Positions 22,309-32,565 of a stretch of DNA of 64,000 bases are shown here, piece by piece. Below the pieces are notes generated by a model. The model was given only the letters and a program-made list of their open reading frames with translations. It was not told where the DNA came from and made no database searches. The DNA lies in the NCBI GenBank assembly GCA_046290465.1, contig JBKAGP010000001.1, positions 1,312,001 to 1,376,000 on the forward strand. Direction: 5' to 3'. Each line of letters opens with the position of its first letter. Within the stretch, counting starts at the first letter, position 1. The translations under genes and the position numbers were made by a program. Source of the DNA: Planctomycetota bacterium (GTDB lineage Bacteria > Planctomycetota > UBA1135 > UBA2386).

Positions 22309-22440
22309 GATTTCGAGAGAGAGGCGAGACGAACGGGCCGGCGGCCCGCCTCGACCAGCATAGGCAGGATGCCCGATCCTTGGGCAAACTTGCTGCCGCA
22401 AGCTGCTGTTCCGCCACGGCGCGCGCCCGCCGACCTGCAG

Positions 22441-23253
22441 CTACGCCTTGCGGTAGATGCCCAGCAGGCAGTGTTCGGGGTAGGGCAGCCCCAGCGCGCG
22501 GCAGGCGCGCATGCCGAGCATCTCGCACTTCGACAGCGCCTCGAACCTGGCAAACGTGCGGCAGTCGTCGAGCCGCAGGAACGCCGCCTCCTTCATGCCG
22601 GCCGCGGCGAACTGGCGCTGCAGGTCGCCGCGGGTGTTCATCCGGAAGCGCGTCGGGAAGGTGTCCTTCGGCTGCGTGCCCCACAGCCACGACTTGACCA
22701 CGTGCCGCAGCCCCATCGGCGCCAGCCGCGTCAGCACCGGGATCGGCGAGCCCGAGAACACCGTGAACACCACCGCCAGCCCGCCCGGCCGCAGCGCCCT
22801 GCCGATCGCGCGCGTGCACGCCATCGGGTCGTCGATGTGCTCGGCGACCATGCGCATCGTCACCAGGTCGAAGGCACCGCCGCCGTCGTAGTCGTCGATG
22901 CCACCGGCGACCTTCTCGTGCACCCACGGGTTCTCCTGCAGCGTCGGGTCCGGGTCGACGCCGGTCAGCCGCGCGCAGCGCTTCGACAAAGCCTCGGCCA
23001 GGCCGAGGTTGTTGGGGAACAGCTCCCGGCCACAGCCGATGTCGAGCCACGACACGCCGGGCACGACCAGGCCGGCGACCAGTGCCTCGTAGACGTCGTC
23101 GGGCGTGTAGTAGCCGCAGCGCAGCCGCAGCCGCGGCCCCCATCCGAGCCGGTCCCGCGGGCCGTAGCGGCGATGGAACATCTGCCGCAGCGACGCTTCG
23201 TCGGGCAGCCGCAGCAGCAAGGGCGGCGGCGGCGTTGCTTCGATCTCGCTCAC
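22441..23253 (-). CDS. Class I SAM-dependent methyltransferase
   Basis: WLDIGCG, GVDPD, FDLV, LRPGG; GTG start overlaps the upstream stop codon. Confidence 0.88.
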   Translation of the reverse strand: MSEIEATPPPPLLLRLPDEASLRQMFHRRYGPRDRLGWGPRLRLRCGYYTPDDVYEALVAGLVVPGVSWLDIGCGRELFPNNLGLAEALSKRCARLTGVDPDPTLQENPWVHEKVAGGIDDYDGGGAFDLVTMRMVAEHIDDPMACTRAIGRALRPGGLAVVFTVFSGSPIPVLTRLAPMGLRHVVKSWLWGTQPKDTFPTRFRMNTRGDLQRQFAAAGMKEAAFLRLDDCRTFARFEALSKCEMLGMRACRALGLPYPEHCLLGIYRKA

Positions 23254-24200
23254 GCCGGGAAGATCTCGTCCAGTTCGGCGACGCACTCGTCGGACAACGT
23301 CACGTCGAGTGCGCCGAGGTTGTGCTCGAGTTGCCGTTGGTCCTTGGCGCCGACGAGCACCGACGAGACGCCGGCGTTGCGCAGGCAGAACGCCAGCGCC
23401 ACCTGGGTCGCGTCGTGGCCGTGGCGCTGCGCCAGGTCGACCAGCTGCTGGGCCTTCTGCAGGTGCTGCTCGGTCAGGTAGCGGCTGACGAACTTCTTGC
23501 CCGAGTCCTCGGTCGCGCGCGAGCCCTGCGGCGGGGCTTCACCCGGCTTGTACTTGCCGGTCAGCACCCCCTGCGCCAGCGGCGAGTAGACCAGCTGGCC
23601 GAGGCCTTCGCGCAGGCTGGTCGGCACCACCGCGGCCTCGATGTCGCGGCGGTAGAGGTTGTAGAGCGGCTGGTTGGTGACCGGCACGTGCCAGCCCTCC
23701 TTGCGGCACAGCGCGACGACCTCGGCGATCCGTTCGGCCGGCCACATGCTGAGCCCCCAGTAGAGCGCGTGGCCCTGGGTGATCAGGTCGTGCATCGCCA
23801 GCGCGGTCTCGCGCAGCGGCACCTCGGGGTCGAACCGGTGGCATTGGTAGAGGTCGACGTAGTCGGTCTCCAGACGCTGCAGCGACTTCTTGATCGACTC
23901 GTGGATGTGCTTGCGCGACAGGCCGCGGTCGTTGACGTCGTCGCTCATTGCGAAGAAGCACTTGGTCGCGATCACCAGCCGGTGCCGCGGCAGCTCGCGG
24001 ATCGCGACGCCGAGCGCGCGTTCGCCCTCGCCGGTGTTGTAGACGTCGGCGGTGTCGAACAGGTTGACGCCGCGGTCGAAGGCCCGCGCCACGAGGTTCT
24101 GCGAGCCCGCGTCGTCGATCTCGTTGCCGATCGTCAGCCAGGAGCCGAGCCCGATCGCGCTGACCTTGACGCCAGAACCTCCGAGGTAGCGATATTGCAC
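23250..24200 (-). CDS. Aldo/keto reductase
   Basis: YRYLGGSGVKVSAIGLG, DTADVY, ATK, DLYQCHR, YSPLAQGVLTGKY. Confidence 0.95.
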   Translation of the reverse strand: MQYRYLGGSGVKVSAIGLGSWLTIGNEIDDAGSQNLVARAFDRGVNLFDTADVYNTGEGERALGVAIRELPRHRLVIATKCFFAMSDDVNDRGLSRKHIHESIKKSLQRLETDYVDLYQCHRFDPEVPLRETALAMHDLITQGHALYWGLSMWPAERIAEVVALCRKEGWHVPVTNQPLYNLYRRDIEAAVVPTSLREGLGQLVYSPLAQGVLTGKYKPGEAPPQGSRATEDSGKKFVSRYLTEQHLQKAQQLVDLAQRHGHDATQVALAFCLRNAGVSSVLVGAKDQRQLEHNLGALDVTLSDECVAELDEIFPA

Positions 24201-24287
24201 GGCAGCGTTGTAGCAGCCGCGAACGGCGGTCGCCACAACGGCCCCATCGGGCTTCCACGGCGGCCTCGTTTGGGGGATGCTGCGCCG

Positions 24288-24803
24288 GTGAGCAAGAAGC
24301 GGATCGCCCTGATCTCGACCGGAGGAACGTTCGAGAAGACCTACGACGAGCTGCACGGCGTGCTCGACAACCACGAGAGCGTGCTCGACGTGGTGCTCGC
24401 CGGCCTGGAGCTGCGCGGCGTCGACATCGTGCGCGTGCCGCTGCTCAACAAGGACAGCCTGAAGATGACCGTGCGCGACCACGAGCTGATCGCGCGCACC
24501 GCGGCGTCGCTGTCCGAGGCCCACCACGGCGTCGTCATCGTGCACGGCACCGACCGCCTGCAGGTCACCGGCGAACGCATGGTGCAGCTGACGCCAGAGC
24601 CGATCGTGCCGATCGTGTTCACCGGCGCGATCCGGCCGTACATGCTGCGCAACACCGACGCGCTGCAGAACCTGACCGAGGCGCTGATCGGGGTGCAGAT
24701 CCTCGCCCCCGGCATCTACTGCGTCATGCACAACAAGGCGCTGCAGTTCCCGGGCGTGGTCAAGGACAAGGAGCGCGGCACGTTCGTGCGGAAGGATGGC
24801 TGA
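24288..24803 (+). CDS. Short asparaginase N-terminal domain protein
   Basis: STGGTFEK and HGTD motifs, about 171 aa. Confidence 0.85.
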   Translation: MSKKRIALISTGGTFEKTYDELHGVLDNHESVLDVVLAGLELRGVDIVRVPLLNKDSLKMTVRDHELIARTAASLSEAHHGVVIVHGTDRLQVTGERMVQLTPEPIVPIVFTGAIRPYMLRNTDALQNLTEALIGVQILAPGIYCVMHNKALQFPGVVKDKERGTFVRKDG

Positions 24804-25686
24804 GCACCCCACGGGCTCGGAGGCCGGCAGCCCCGATGCGCAGCCGACCGCAGCGCCGACGCCGGGCGCCCCGATGCAGAAGGCACCCATGCAGAAGGCA
24901 CCCGTGCAGTGGGCCGCCGTGCTGCCGATCGCGCTGGTCACGGCCCTCGGCCTGCTGCCGTTCGTGCTCTACCTGCTGCACCGCGCCGACCCGGTGCTGG
25001 CCGTCGAAGCCACCAACGCGCTGTCGTCGTGGACCGTGCGCGCGCTGCTCGCCGGCGGCGCCTGCGCCCTGCTGGCGCTGCTGCTCTATCCGCCGGCGCC
25101 GGCGTGGATCCGGCGGTTCGTCGATCGGCAGCGCCGCTCGTGGGCCGTCGACCGCGCCCCGCTGCTGCGGGCGCGCAAGGAGCTCGAACACTGCGAGACC
25201 GCGCAGAAGCACTTCGAGGTCGCCAGGCTGGCGTGGATCCGCACCGAATTGCCGCTGGTCGGCCCACACGCGCACCGCGCCGTCGAACTCGACCCGTCGA
25301 TGCCGCAGGCCCAGCACCTGCTCGGCCAGTTCCTGCTCGAAGCCGGTCGGCCGCAGCAGGCGGCCGCCGCGTTTGCCGAAGCCGAACGGCTCGACCCGGG
25401 CCACTCGTTCGGCGAAGCGCTGCTGCTCGAAGCCCGCGCGCGCTACGTCGCCGGGGACCGCGAGCAGGCGCTGGCCCGTTTCGAACAGCACCAGGCGCAG
25501 CACGGCGGCGGCCACCGCAGCAACTACTGGCGCGCCGAAGCGCTGCTCGCAGCCGGCCGGCGCGAGGACGCAGCCCGTGCGTTCGCCGAAGCCGCGAAGG
25601 ATCCCGGCCAGCGCCTGCCGACCGAAGAGAACTGGTTCCGCGCGCTGGCGCGCGTGCGCTGCTGGCGGCTGGGAGTGCGCGCGTGA
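24796..25686 (+). CDS. Membrane-anchored TPR-repeat protein
   Basis: Two N-terminal TM helices followed by TPR-like repeats (AVELDPSMPQAQHLLG). Confidence 0.8.
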   Translation: MAEHPTGSEAGSPDAQPTAAPTPGAPMQKAPMQKAPVQWAAVLPIALVTALGLLPFVLYLLHRADPVLAVEATNALSSWTVRALLAGGACALLALLLYPPAPAWIRRFVDRQRRSWAVDRAPLLRARKELEHCETAQKHFEVARLAWIRTELPLVGPHAHRAVELDPSMPQAQHLLGQFLLEAGRPQQAAAAFAEAERLDPGHSFGEALLLEARARYVAGDREQALARFEQHQAQHGGGHRSNYWRAEALLAAGRREDAARAFAEAAKDPGQRLPTEENWFRALARVRCWRLGVRA

Positions 25687-26549
25687 AGGACACCATCCAG
25701 AAGGTCGACGAGATCCCGGTCACGCTGGTCGTGCTGCTCGCGTACGTGACGATGGCGTTCCTCACCGGGATCGTCGACTACGACATCGAGAAGCTCGACC
25801 AGTACGGCATGTTGCGGCCGTTCCAGGTCGCCGCCGGTGAATGGTGGCGGCTGTTTTCGGCGGCGTTCCTGCACCTGGGGCTGCTGCACCTGCTGATGAA
25901 CGGCATGAGCATGATCTCGCTCGGCCCCGAGCTCGAACGTTCGCTCGGTAGCGTGCGGTTCGCGCTGCTCTACCTGGTATCGGCGCTCGGCGGCCACGTC
26001 GCGGTCTGCTTCGTCTACGGCCCGTTCGGCGCCGTCGCCGGCGGCTCCGGCGCGCTGTTCGGCATGCTCGGCGGCGCCGTCGCGATGCAGATGCACACCG
26101 GCCGGCACGTGATGTCGTTCCTCGAGTTCGAGGGGCCGCGCAGGCTGCTGTTCACGATTGTGATCTACTTGGTCGCCGGCGCGTTCCTACCGTTCATCAG
26201 CAACACGGGGCACGCCGGCGGGCTCGTCGCCGGCTTCCTGGTCACCTACCTGTTCCTGGTGCCGCCGCGGGCGGGCGCGCGACGCCTGCTGGCGTGGCGC
26301 GTCGCCGCAGCACTGCTGCTCGCCGGGTGCACGTTCTACGCGCTGCGTCCGGTGACGCGCTACGAGTGGCTGTGGAACACCTCCCTCACCGAACCCGACG
26401 CGAACCGCGCCGAACGCATGCGCCGCGCCGCGCTCGTCTCCTACTTCGGCCGCAGCAACATCAGCGCGGCCGACCGCTGGACCTGGGATGTCGAGGTGCT
26501 CCGCATCGAACACGAAGGCGACGGCCCGCGACCTCTCGACGGCCGCTAA
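25683..26549 (+). CDS. Rhomboid family intramembrane serine protease
   Basis: WWRL, FLH..LLHLLMN, GGSGALFG (catalytic Ser), GHAGG (catalytic His). Confidence 0.93.
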   Translation: MKDTIQKVDEIPVTLVVLLAYVTMAFLTGIVDYDIEKLDQYGMLRPFQVAAGEWWRLFSAAFLHLGLLHLLMNGMSMISLGPELERSLGSVRFALLYLVSALGGHVAVCFVYGPFGAVAGGSGALFGMLGGAVAMQMHTGRHVMSFLEFEGPRRLLFTIVIYLVAGAFLPFISNTGHAGGLVAGFLVTYLFLVPPRAGARRLLAWRVAAALLLAGCTFYALRPVTRYEWLWNTSLTEPDANRAERMRRAALVSYFGRSNISAADRWTWDVEVLRIEHEGDGPRPLDGR

Positions 26550-28117
26550 CGCGCCGCGTGCGCCCGCAGCCGCCGCACGCACGCGTCCTTGCCGAGCAGC
26601 CACACGCAGTCGAAGAACCCCGGCCCCTTGCTGGTGCCGGTCAGCGCCGCGCGCACCGGGTGCACGAACTGGCCGAACTTGATGCCGAGCTCCTGGATCA
26701 GCGCGCGCGTCCGTTCGCCGAGCTGGTTGGGCGTCAGCACCGTCGCCTGCGGCTCGTCCCCCTCTTCGGGGGTCGGCAGCGCCACCGCCTCGTCCGCCCC
26801 GCCGCGGTCGCCGCCGAAGCTCGCCGGCAGATCGAGGCCTTCGAGCAGGTCGGCGTAAGCGGCCAACCACTTGGGCGCGTCCTCGTGCTTGCCGAGGTTC
26901 TTCTGCGCGGCCTCGTCCGGCGTCGGGTCGTCGAACAGCCAGCGCAGCTTTTCCGGCAGCTCCGACAGCAGCTGGATGCGTTCTTGGAACAGCGCCACGG
27001 CGTTGCGCACGAAGCCGAGGTTGCCGTCCCAGTCGGCGCCCCCGAGCAGCGGCTCGACGAAGCCCCGCCCCTTCTGCACGAACGTGTCGAGGCTCCACTG
27101 CCGGATGTACTCGCCGCACATCCAGTGCAGCTTGTCGACGTCGAACTTCGCCCCGGCCTTGCCGACGCTGCCGATCGCGAACGCCTTGACCATCTCGTCG
27201 CGCGTGAACACGTCGCGGTCGGCCGAGAAGCCCCAACCCAGCAGCGCGATGTAGTTGAACACCGCCTCCGGCGGGTAGCCGAGGTCGCGGTACTCGAGCG
27301 TGCTCTTGACGCCCGGATCGCGCTTGCTGAGCTTGCCGCCCTTCTGGTTGAGGATCAGCGGGATGTGCGCATACTGCGGGCACTCGTGACCGAGCGCCTC
27401 GAACAGCAGCCGCTGCTTGACGCCGTTGAGGAAGTGCTCCTCGCCGCGCACGACGTGCGTGATCTTCATGTCGACGTCGTCGACGACGCAGGCGAAGTTG
27501 TAGAGCGGCACCCCGCCGGGCCGCACCATCACCCAGTCGTCGAGCTGCCGGGTGTTGACCTCGACGTCGCCGCGGATCAGGTCGTGCACCCTGACGACCT
27601 CGTCGTCGGGCATGCGGAAGCGCAGGTTGGGCTGGATGCCCTCGGCCTCGCGCGCGGCGCGCTCGTCGTCGGTCATCTCGCGGCAGTGGCCGTCGTAGCC
27701 GAGGAACGGGCTCTTTTGGGCCTTCTGCTGCTCGCGCACCTTCTCGATGCGCTCGGGACTGCAGTAGCACCGGTAGGCATGGCCGCTCTCGAGCAGCTGC
27801 GCCGCCGTCGCCGCGTAGCGGTCGAGCCGCTGCATCTGGAAGTACGGCCCGAACTCGCCGCCGCCGCAGGTGCGATCGCCGGCGTCGAACTCCGGCCCCT
27901 CGTCCCAGTCGATGCCGAGCCACGCGAGGCCTTCGAGGATGATCTGCAGCGACTCGTCGGTGCTGCGCGCGCGGTCGGTGTCCTCGATGCGCAGCACGAA
28001 CGTGCCGCCGAGGCTGCGGGACAGGGCCCAGTTGTACATCGCCGTGCGCGCGCCGCCGAGGTGCAAAGGGCCGGTCGGCGACGGCGCGAAACGCAATCGA
28101 GGGGTCGGATGGATCAT
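26546..28117 (-). CDS. gltX: Glutamyl-tRNA synthetase
   Basis: RFAPSPTGPLHLGG (HIGH), RIEDTD, KLSKR, C-terminal anticodon-binding domain (PVRAALTG...GPG). Confidence 0.96.
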   Translation of the reverse strand: MIHPTPRLRFAPSPTGPLHLGGARTAMYNWALSRSLGGTFVLRIEDTDRARSTDESLQIILEGLAWLGIDWDEGPEFDAGDRTCGGGEFGPYFQMQRLDRYAATAAQLLESGHAYRCYCSPERIEKVREQQKAQKSPFLGYDGHCREMTDDERAAREAEGIQPNLRFRMPDDEVVRVHDLIRGDVEVNTRQLDDWVMVRPGGVPLYNFACVVDDVDMKITHVVRGEEHFLNGVKQRLLFEALGHECPQYAHIPLILNQKGGKLSKRDPGVKSTLEYRDLGYPPEAVFNYIALLGWGFSADRDVFTRDEMVKAFAIGSVGKAGAKFDVDKLHWMCGEYIRQWSLDTFVQKGRGFVEPLLGGADWDGNLGFVRNAVALFQERIQLLSELPEKLRWLFDDPTPDEAAQKNLGKHEDAPKWLAAYADLLEGLDLPASFGGDRGGADEAVALPTPEEGDEPQATVLTPNQLGERTRALIQELGIKFGQFVHPVRAALTGTSKGPGFFDCVWLLGKDACVRRLRAHAAR

Positions 28118-28201
28118 CGTTCGGCGCAGCAGGATGGCGGATCGGCGCTTCGGATGGAACGGCTTTGCACCGCCGCACCCCGGTCGCGATCGCAGCGCCG
28201 G

Positions 28202-28813
28202 CTACGGGCGCATGCCCAGCAGGTCGAGCTGCCAGCTCCCGCCGGCCTGGCGCAGCACCGACAGCGACGCGAGCTCGACGCCGAAGGCGGTCTGCGGGGC
28301 GTGCTCGACCCCCAGCAGGGTGCGGATCGCGTGCTTGACGGTGCCGCGGTGCGCGACCAGCAGCATGTCGCCGCGCCAGTCGGTGGCGACCAGTTCGGTC
28401 ACCGCTGCCGCGACCCGTTCCGCGAACGCGCGCCGCGGCTCGCCGCCTGGAAACGCATCGACCCGGCCAGCCTCGTGCTCGCCCCAGAACGACGGGAACG
28501 CCGCGTCGATCTCCTCGCGCGTCATGCCCTCGGCATCGCCGAAGTGGATCTCGCGCAGCCGTTGGTCGACGCGCAGCAGATCGGCGTCGAGCGACAGGCC
28601 GTCGCGGAGCAGCTCCGCGGACTCGGCGGCGCGCGACAGCGGCGAGTGCACGACCTCAGCAAAACGCACTCCCGTCAACAGCGGGAGCAGGCCGCGGATC
28701 TGCTCGCGGCCGACGTCCGACAGCGGCACGTCGTTGCTACCGTGGTAGCGGATCGACGACTGGCCTTCGGTCTCTCCGTGGCGCACGAGCCACAGCCGCC
28801 GTTCGGACGTCAT
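28202..28813 (-). CDS. Histidine phosphatase (phosphoglycerate mutase-like) family protein
   Basis: LVRHGET, SPLSRA, LREIHFG, PGGE, VAH motifs. Confidence 0.92.
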   Translation of the reverse strand: MTSERRLWLVRHGETEGQSSIRYHGSNDVPLSDVGREQIRGLLPLLTGVRFAEVVHSPLSRAAESAELLRDGLSLDADLLRVDQRLREIHFGDAEGMTREEIDAAFPSFWGEHEAGRVDAFPGGEPRRAFAERVAAAVTELVATDWRGDMLLVAHRGTVKHAIRTLLGVEHAPQTAFGVELASLSVLRQAGGSWQLDLLGMRP

Positions 28814-28913
28814 CGTTGGAACACGCCGACGGATCGGACCTGCGCGCAGGTCCTCCGGAGGCGTTCCGTCAGGTGGTTGCCGGAAAGGTCCAAGCTGGCG
28901 AGCGGACGGTCGC

Positions 28914-29903
28914 CTACTTGACCAGCTGCAGCACGATCACCGCGCCGATGCCGATCACGACGAGGCCGATGCCGACCAGCACCGCGCGGTTCCAGCCAGC
29001 GTGCTCCTGCACGACCCGCTGCAGGCGGTTGGACTGGTCTTCGTGCGTGCGCCGCAGCGACGTCAGACTCTCCTCGTTGGCGCGCTTCAGCTCGTCGACG
29101 GCGCCCTCCTGAGAACGGCTGATGTCCTTGGCCAGGCCCTCGAGCTCCTCGGTGCGGCGCTCGGCGAGCTGCTTGGCGGCCGACGCCTGCTGGTTGCTGT
29201 TGTCGACCATCTTGTCCATCGACGTGTGGATGCGATCCATCGTCGACTGGAACTCACGAACCGTGGCAGCGGTGCGCTCGTCGGTCTTGGCGGCGCGGTC
29301 GAGCGCCTTCTCGACGTTCTCGAGCAGCGACGGCAGCTTCGTCATCGTCGCCGACAGCTGCACGCCCAGCGCGTTCTGCTTGTCCATCTGCGTGGACAGC
29401 GCCTTGAGCGCCTCGAGCTGCTGCTGGCCGAGCGCCGGCATCGAGCTGGTCGCATCGACGATCTGCTGCAGCTTCTCGTCGTTGGCGGCCTGCGCGCCCT
29501 TCATCAGCTGCGCGAGTTCCTGGAAGTGGTGACCCACCGCCATCATCGCCTCTTCGCGGTCCGACATCTTGCGCGTCGAACGCGCCTCGGTCGGCTGGAA
29601 GGTCGACGACACCGCGTGCGAGTTGCCGTTGGTGCGCTCGGCCTCGACGCGCGACGCGGCCGGGTGCGGCTGGGCGGCGGGCTTGGCTGCGGGCTTGCCT
29701 GCTGGCTTGGCGGCCGCGTGCGGCTTCGTGCTGCCGCTCGACGTGCTGCCGCCGGAAGAGCTGCCGCCGGGCGAGCTGCTACCCGTCGTGCTGCGGTTGG
29801 TGGAAGCGGCGCGCTTCTCGGCGGCCGGCTTTTCGACACGGACACCGGAGCCACTGCCCCAGCGTTCCTTCAGACGTTGGAAGAACGATCCCTTGTTGAC
29901 CAT
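28914..29903 (-). CDS. Hypothetical tail-anchored coiled-coil protein
   Basis: Ser/Ala/Pro-rich N-terminus, long heptad-rich helix, single C-terminal TM helix. Confidence 0.75.
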   Translation of the reverse strand: MVNKGSFFQRLKERWGSGSGVRVEKPAAEKRAASTNRSTTGSSSPGGSSSGGSTSSGSTKPHAAAKPAGKPAAKPAAQPHPAASRVEAERTNGNSHAVSSTFQPTEARSTRKMSDREEAMMAVGHHFQELAQLMKGAQAANDEKLQQIVDATSSMPALGQQQLEALKALSTQMDKQNALGVQLSATMTKLPSLLENVEKALDRAAKTDERTAATVREFQSTMDRIHTSMDKMVDNSNQQASAAKQLAERRTEELEGLAKDISRSQEGAVDELKRANEESLTSLRRTHEDQSNRLQRVVQEHAGWNRAVLVGIGLVVIGIGAVIVLQLVK

Positions 29904-30210
29904 CGTGCGCCTCAACGCCGCGTGACCAAACGCAGCGTCCAGTAGTGCGAGGACCGGGACCCGTGGCACCGGAGACCATCCGGGTGCGAAATCCGCGGAT
30001 CGATGACCATGCCGGCCCTCGTCGACCCGCACGAAGCTACCGTAGATCCGGCGCAGCGGGAAGCCGCAGTTTCACCAAGCTTCCGACAGGACCGGCAGAA
30101 TCCACCGAGGATTCAGGCTTGAACTCGCGCGTCCGGTCGCTAGCTTCTTCGCCCTCCTTCCGACTCCAGACGCCACGCGCGTCCGGCCGAAGAAGGAACG
30201 CAGTGCCGAT

Positions 30211-30286
30211 GGGGAGTTAGCTCAGTTGGTAGAGCGCCACAATGGCATTGTGGAGGTCAGGGGTTCGACTCCCCTACTCTCCACCA
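30211..30286 (+). tRNA. tRNA-Ala(GGC)
   Basis: 76-nt cloverleaf: acceptor GGGGAGT/ACTCTCC with G3:U70, anticodon stem CCACA/TGTGG with loop ATGGCAT, TTCGA T-loop, encoded CCA. Confidence 0.98.
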
Positions 30287-30433
30287 TTCAAGCACTGCGT
30301 CGGGAAAATCCTCAGGAGCGGCCATCAGGCCCCTGAAGGCACCGGGAAGCAGGAGTGGCGGCGATTCTGTCTCCTGCCTCCAAGCACGCACGACAACCAG
30401 CAGGCGCCTGAGAACTCCTCAAGTAGCCCTGAG

Positions 30434-30455
30434 CGATGTAGCAAATCGCGTAGCA
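30434..30455 (+). promoter_or_regulatory. Putative integrase arm-type binding site, left
   Basis: CGATGTAGCAAATCnnGTAGCA, repeated in the same orientation at 45198-45219. Confidence 0.6.
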
Positions 30456-30500
30456 AGGTCACGGCAGATCGTGACGGGGCCCATGCGGCTCCACGCTGAC

Positions 30501-31357
30501 CGAGATTCGACCTGTGGCAGTGCTGGCCTGTTGCCCACCGTGACCCACCCGAAGCCAGCACGCAAAACGGGCGCCAGAATGCAGGCTCTGCCGCTAGCAG
30601 CACTGCCCAGAGCTGCCGCCCCTCTTGCCGTGGCATGCGCCTTTCCTGCTTGGCGCTGACCCGTGCTTACCGGGAGCTAGCCGCGTTCCCGCTGGCATCA
30701 GCGCCATCCTCAGGCCCCGAGGGCCCCCGCGAAGCCGGGCCGTCCGACCGCTGAGCTGGCAGCCCGGGAAGCTCGAAAGATCCCGCGGGGCTGTCGCCGA
30801 CCACCGCTACCAGGTGGCGCCACTCGATGCTCTCGCAGCTGTCGCAGTCGCTGGAAGGGCATGGGGCAGGCGTTTGCTGTCATGCAGTGCCGGTCGGGAG
30901 GATGGTCTTCCGCGCCAAGCGGGCGGGCCAGCCCTCCACGGCCCACCAGTCCGGAGGACCTGCGCATCCGTGCTGCTGAATAGCGGGCTGCCCCCTCCGT
31001 TACTGGCCGCCACCAGGAAGAGTCACTCGATCTCGATGATGGAGTCCGCCTACGCGGGGCTGATTCGGCCGAGCCTGCTGAGTCGGGGGGACAGCCTGGA
31101 GGCCGTCATGGGAATCTGAGGGTGAAGGCCGAGCGGATCGCTTGGAGGGCCACCATGGAAAAGCCAGAGTGCTTCACGCCCACGGCGGTCCACGTGGCAC
31201 TCCGCCGGTGGTTTCAACGGGGGCCACCCGCGCTTCCTGAGCGGCCGAACCAGGGACCACGGGGCACCTCAATGCCCCTGGTGGATCGCAACGGTGCCCA
31301 GTGTGGCTCAAATGGCGTCGAGATTCGACCTGTGGCTGTGCTGGCCTGTTACCCGCC
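30501..31357 (+). repeat. Dispersed ~39-bp direct repeat (copies at 30501-30539 and 31319-31357)
   Basis: CGAGATTCGACCTGTGGC(A/T)GTGCTGGCCTGTT(G/A)CCC(A/G)CC, 3 mismatches. Confidence 0.8.
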
Positions 31358-31629
31358 ACGACCACGACACCAAAACTCGCCCGCGCGGACCGAGATACAG
31401 TCTCTGCCGCTTGCCGCACCGACAAGGGCTGTCACCGCTCTTGCTGAGGTTTGGGCCTGCCCTGTTGGCACTACCTCCCTACGCACAAGGAGCTTCCGCC
31501 GCTCCAAACACCTAACCCTCGCCAACGTGCCAGCACTGGCGCGACCCTCCGGAGCCTGAAGGCCCCAAGCGGCCTCGCTTGAGGCTGGGCATCACGCGAG
31601 AATCGCCCGACCGTTGCCTCAGAGGACAG

Positions 31630-32541
31630 CTAGTCAGCATCACCGCGCAACCGGCTCCGCAGTCCATAGGCGACCTCTGCGGCTTGATGAGTGGGAACCT
31701 CTAGTAGGCAGACATCAGCCCCAACGTTGATGCGATGAGGGACCCCTGCCAGCGATGGCCCAACCAATGCACGGAACGCCCCCAGATGACGCCTCTCACA
31801 GCCGGCCACGACTGCTCCAGCCTCGAAGGACCAGGGCATCCACTCGGCAGGCTTTCCGCAGCGCCCGATCGCGCCCTCGATACGCGGCTCCAGACTAGCT
31901 ACGCACCCACCAACACGCACCGCAACTAGGTCGACGCCCAACGTAGGACGGGCAACTGTGAGCACGGACAGGCCGCACTCACTCAAGACACCAACAAGCC
32001 TACTTACAGTCAGGTCTCCCGGGGCCTCGGAAATAACATCCACAGGCCACCATGAGTCGGCCGCGCTCAGCGGAACCTGATTCGCATCACCGGCTAACGC
32101 AAGGGCGATGCGAACCGCACTCCAGCGATATGCAAACAACGACACCGGATCACTTCCAAATGCACCCCATAATGGAGGCTCAAACTCGGAGTCAATGGAG
32201 TCGTTGAGCAACTTGCAGCGGCTTCGAACGACAGAGAACTCCGACGACGTCCCCCGCCACAGCACATACTCTCGCCACCTGGACCGCATGGCAGCATGTA
32301 GCCCCATAGCCCAGTCTTCACTCAACAGGGGATGCAGCGCCCTTAGAATGTGCATTTCGCCACTCTCTAAGCGATCCCCCTTGGGCACTTCGACTACCAA
32401 CACCTGCACGTCAACAGCACCGAGCCCCCCGACACCCACGCATTCCACGCGAAAACCCAAGCGTCGCAGCCCGTTATGACTTTCCACGAGACGCCGCATC
32501 TGGTCGTCTCTCCAGGCCGTAACTAGTGGCAACCAGTCCAT
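31630..32541 (-). CDS. Hypothetical island protein
   Basis: 303-aa ORF with a purine-rich SD (GAGAGGGGG) just downstream of the 374-aa ORF; no recognised motif. Confidence 0.55.
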   Translation of the reverse strand: MDWLPLVTAWRDDQMRRLVESHNGLRRLGFRVECVGVGGLGAVDVQVLVVEVPKGDRLESGEMHILRALHPLLSEDWAMGLHAAMRSRWREYVLWRGTSSEFSVVRSRCKLLNDSIDSEFEPPLWGAFGSDPVSLFAYRWSAVRIALALAGDANQVPLSAADSWWPVDVISEAPGDLTVSRLVGVLSECGLSVLTVARPTLGVDLVAVRVGGCVASLEPRIEGAIGRCGKPAEWMPWSFEAGAVVAGCERRHLGAFRALVGPSLAGVPHRINVGADVCLLEVPTHQAAEVAYGLRSRLRGDAD

Positions 32542-32565
32542 CGTAGCCCCCTCTCTAAGAGCCCC

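Noticed and set aside
18529..23481. 1650-aa plus-strand ORF and similar long antisense ORFs (2579-5449, 11306-14854, 58266-60980)
   Set aside because: Stop-poor antisense shadows of real genes, typical of high-GC DNA; no motifs
30625..31559. Short ORFs at the left end of the island
   Set aside because: Mutually overlapping, low-complexity translations without motifs or clear RBS; not supportable
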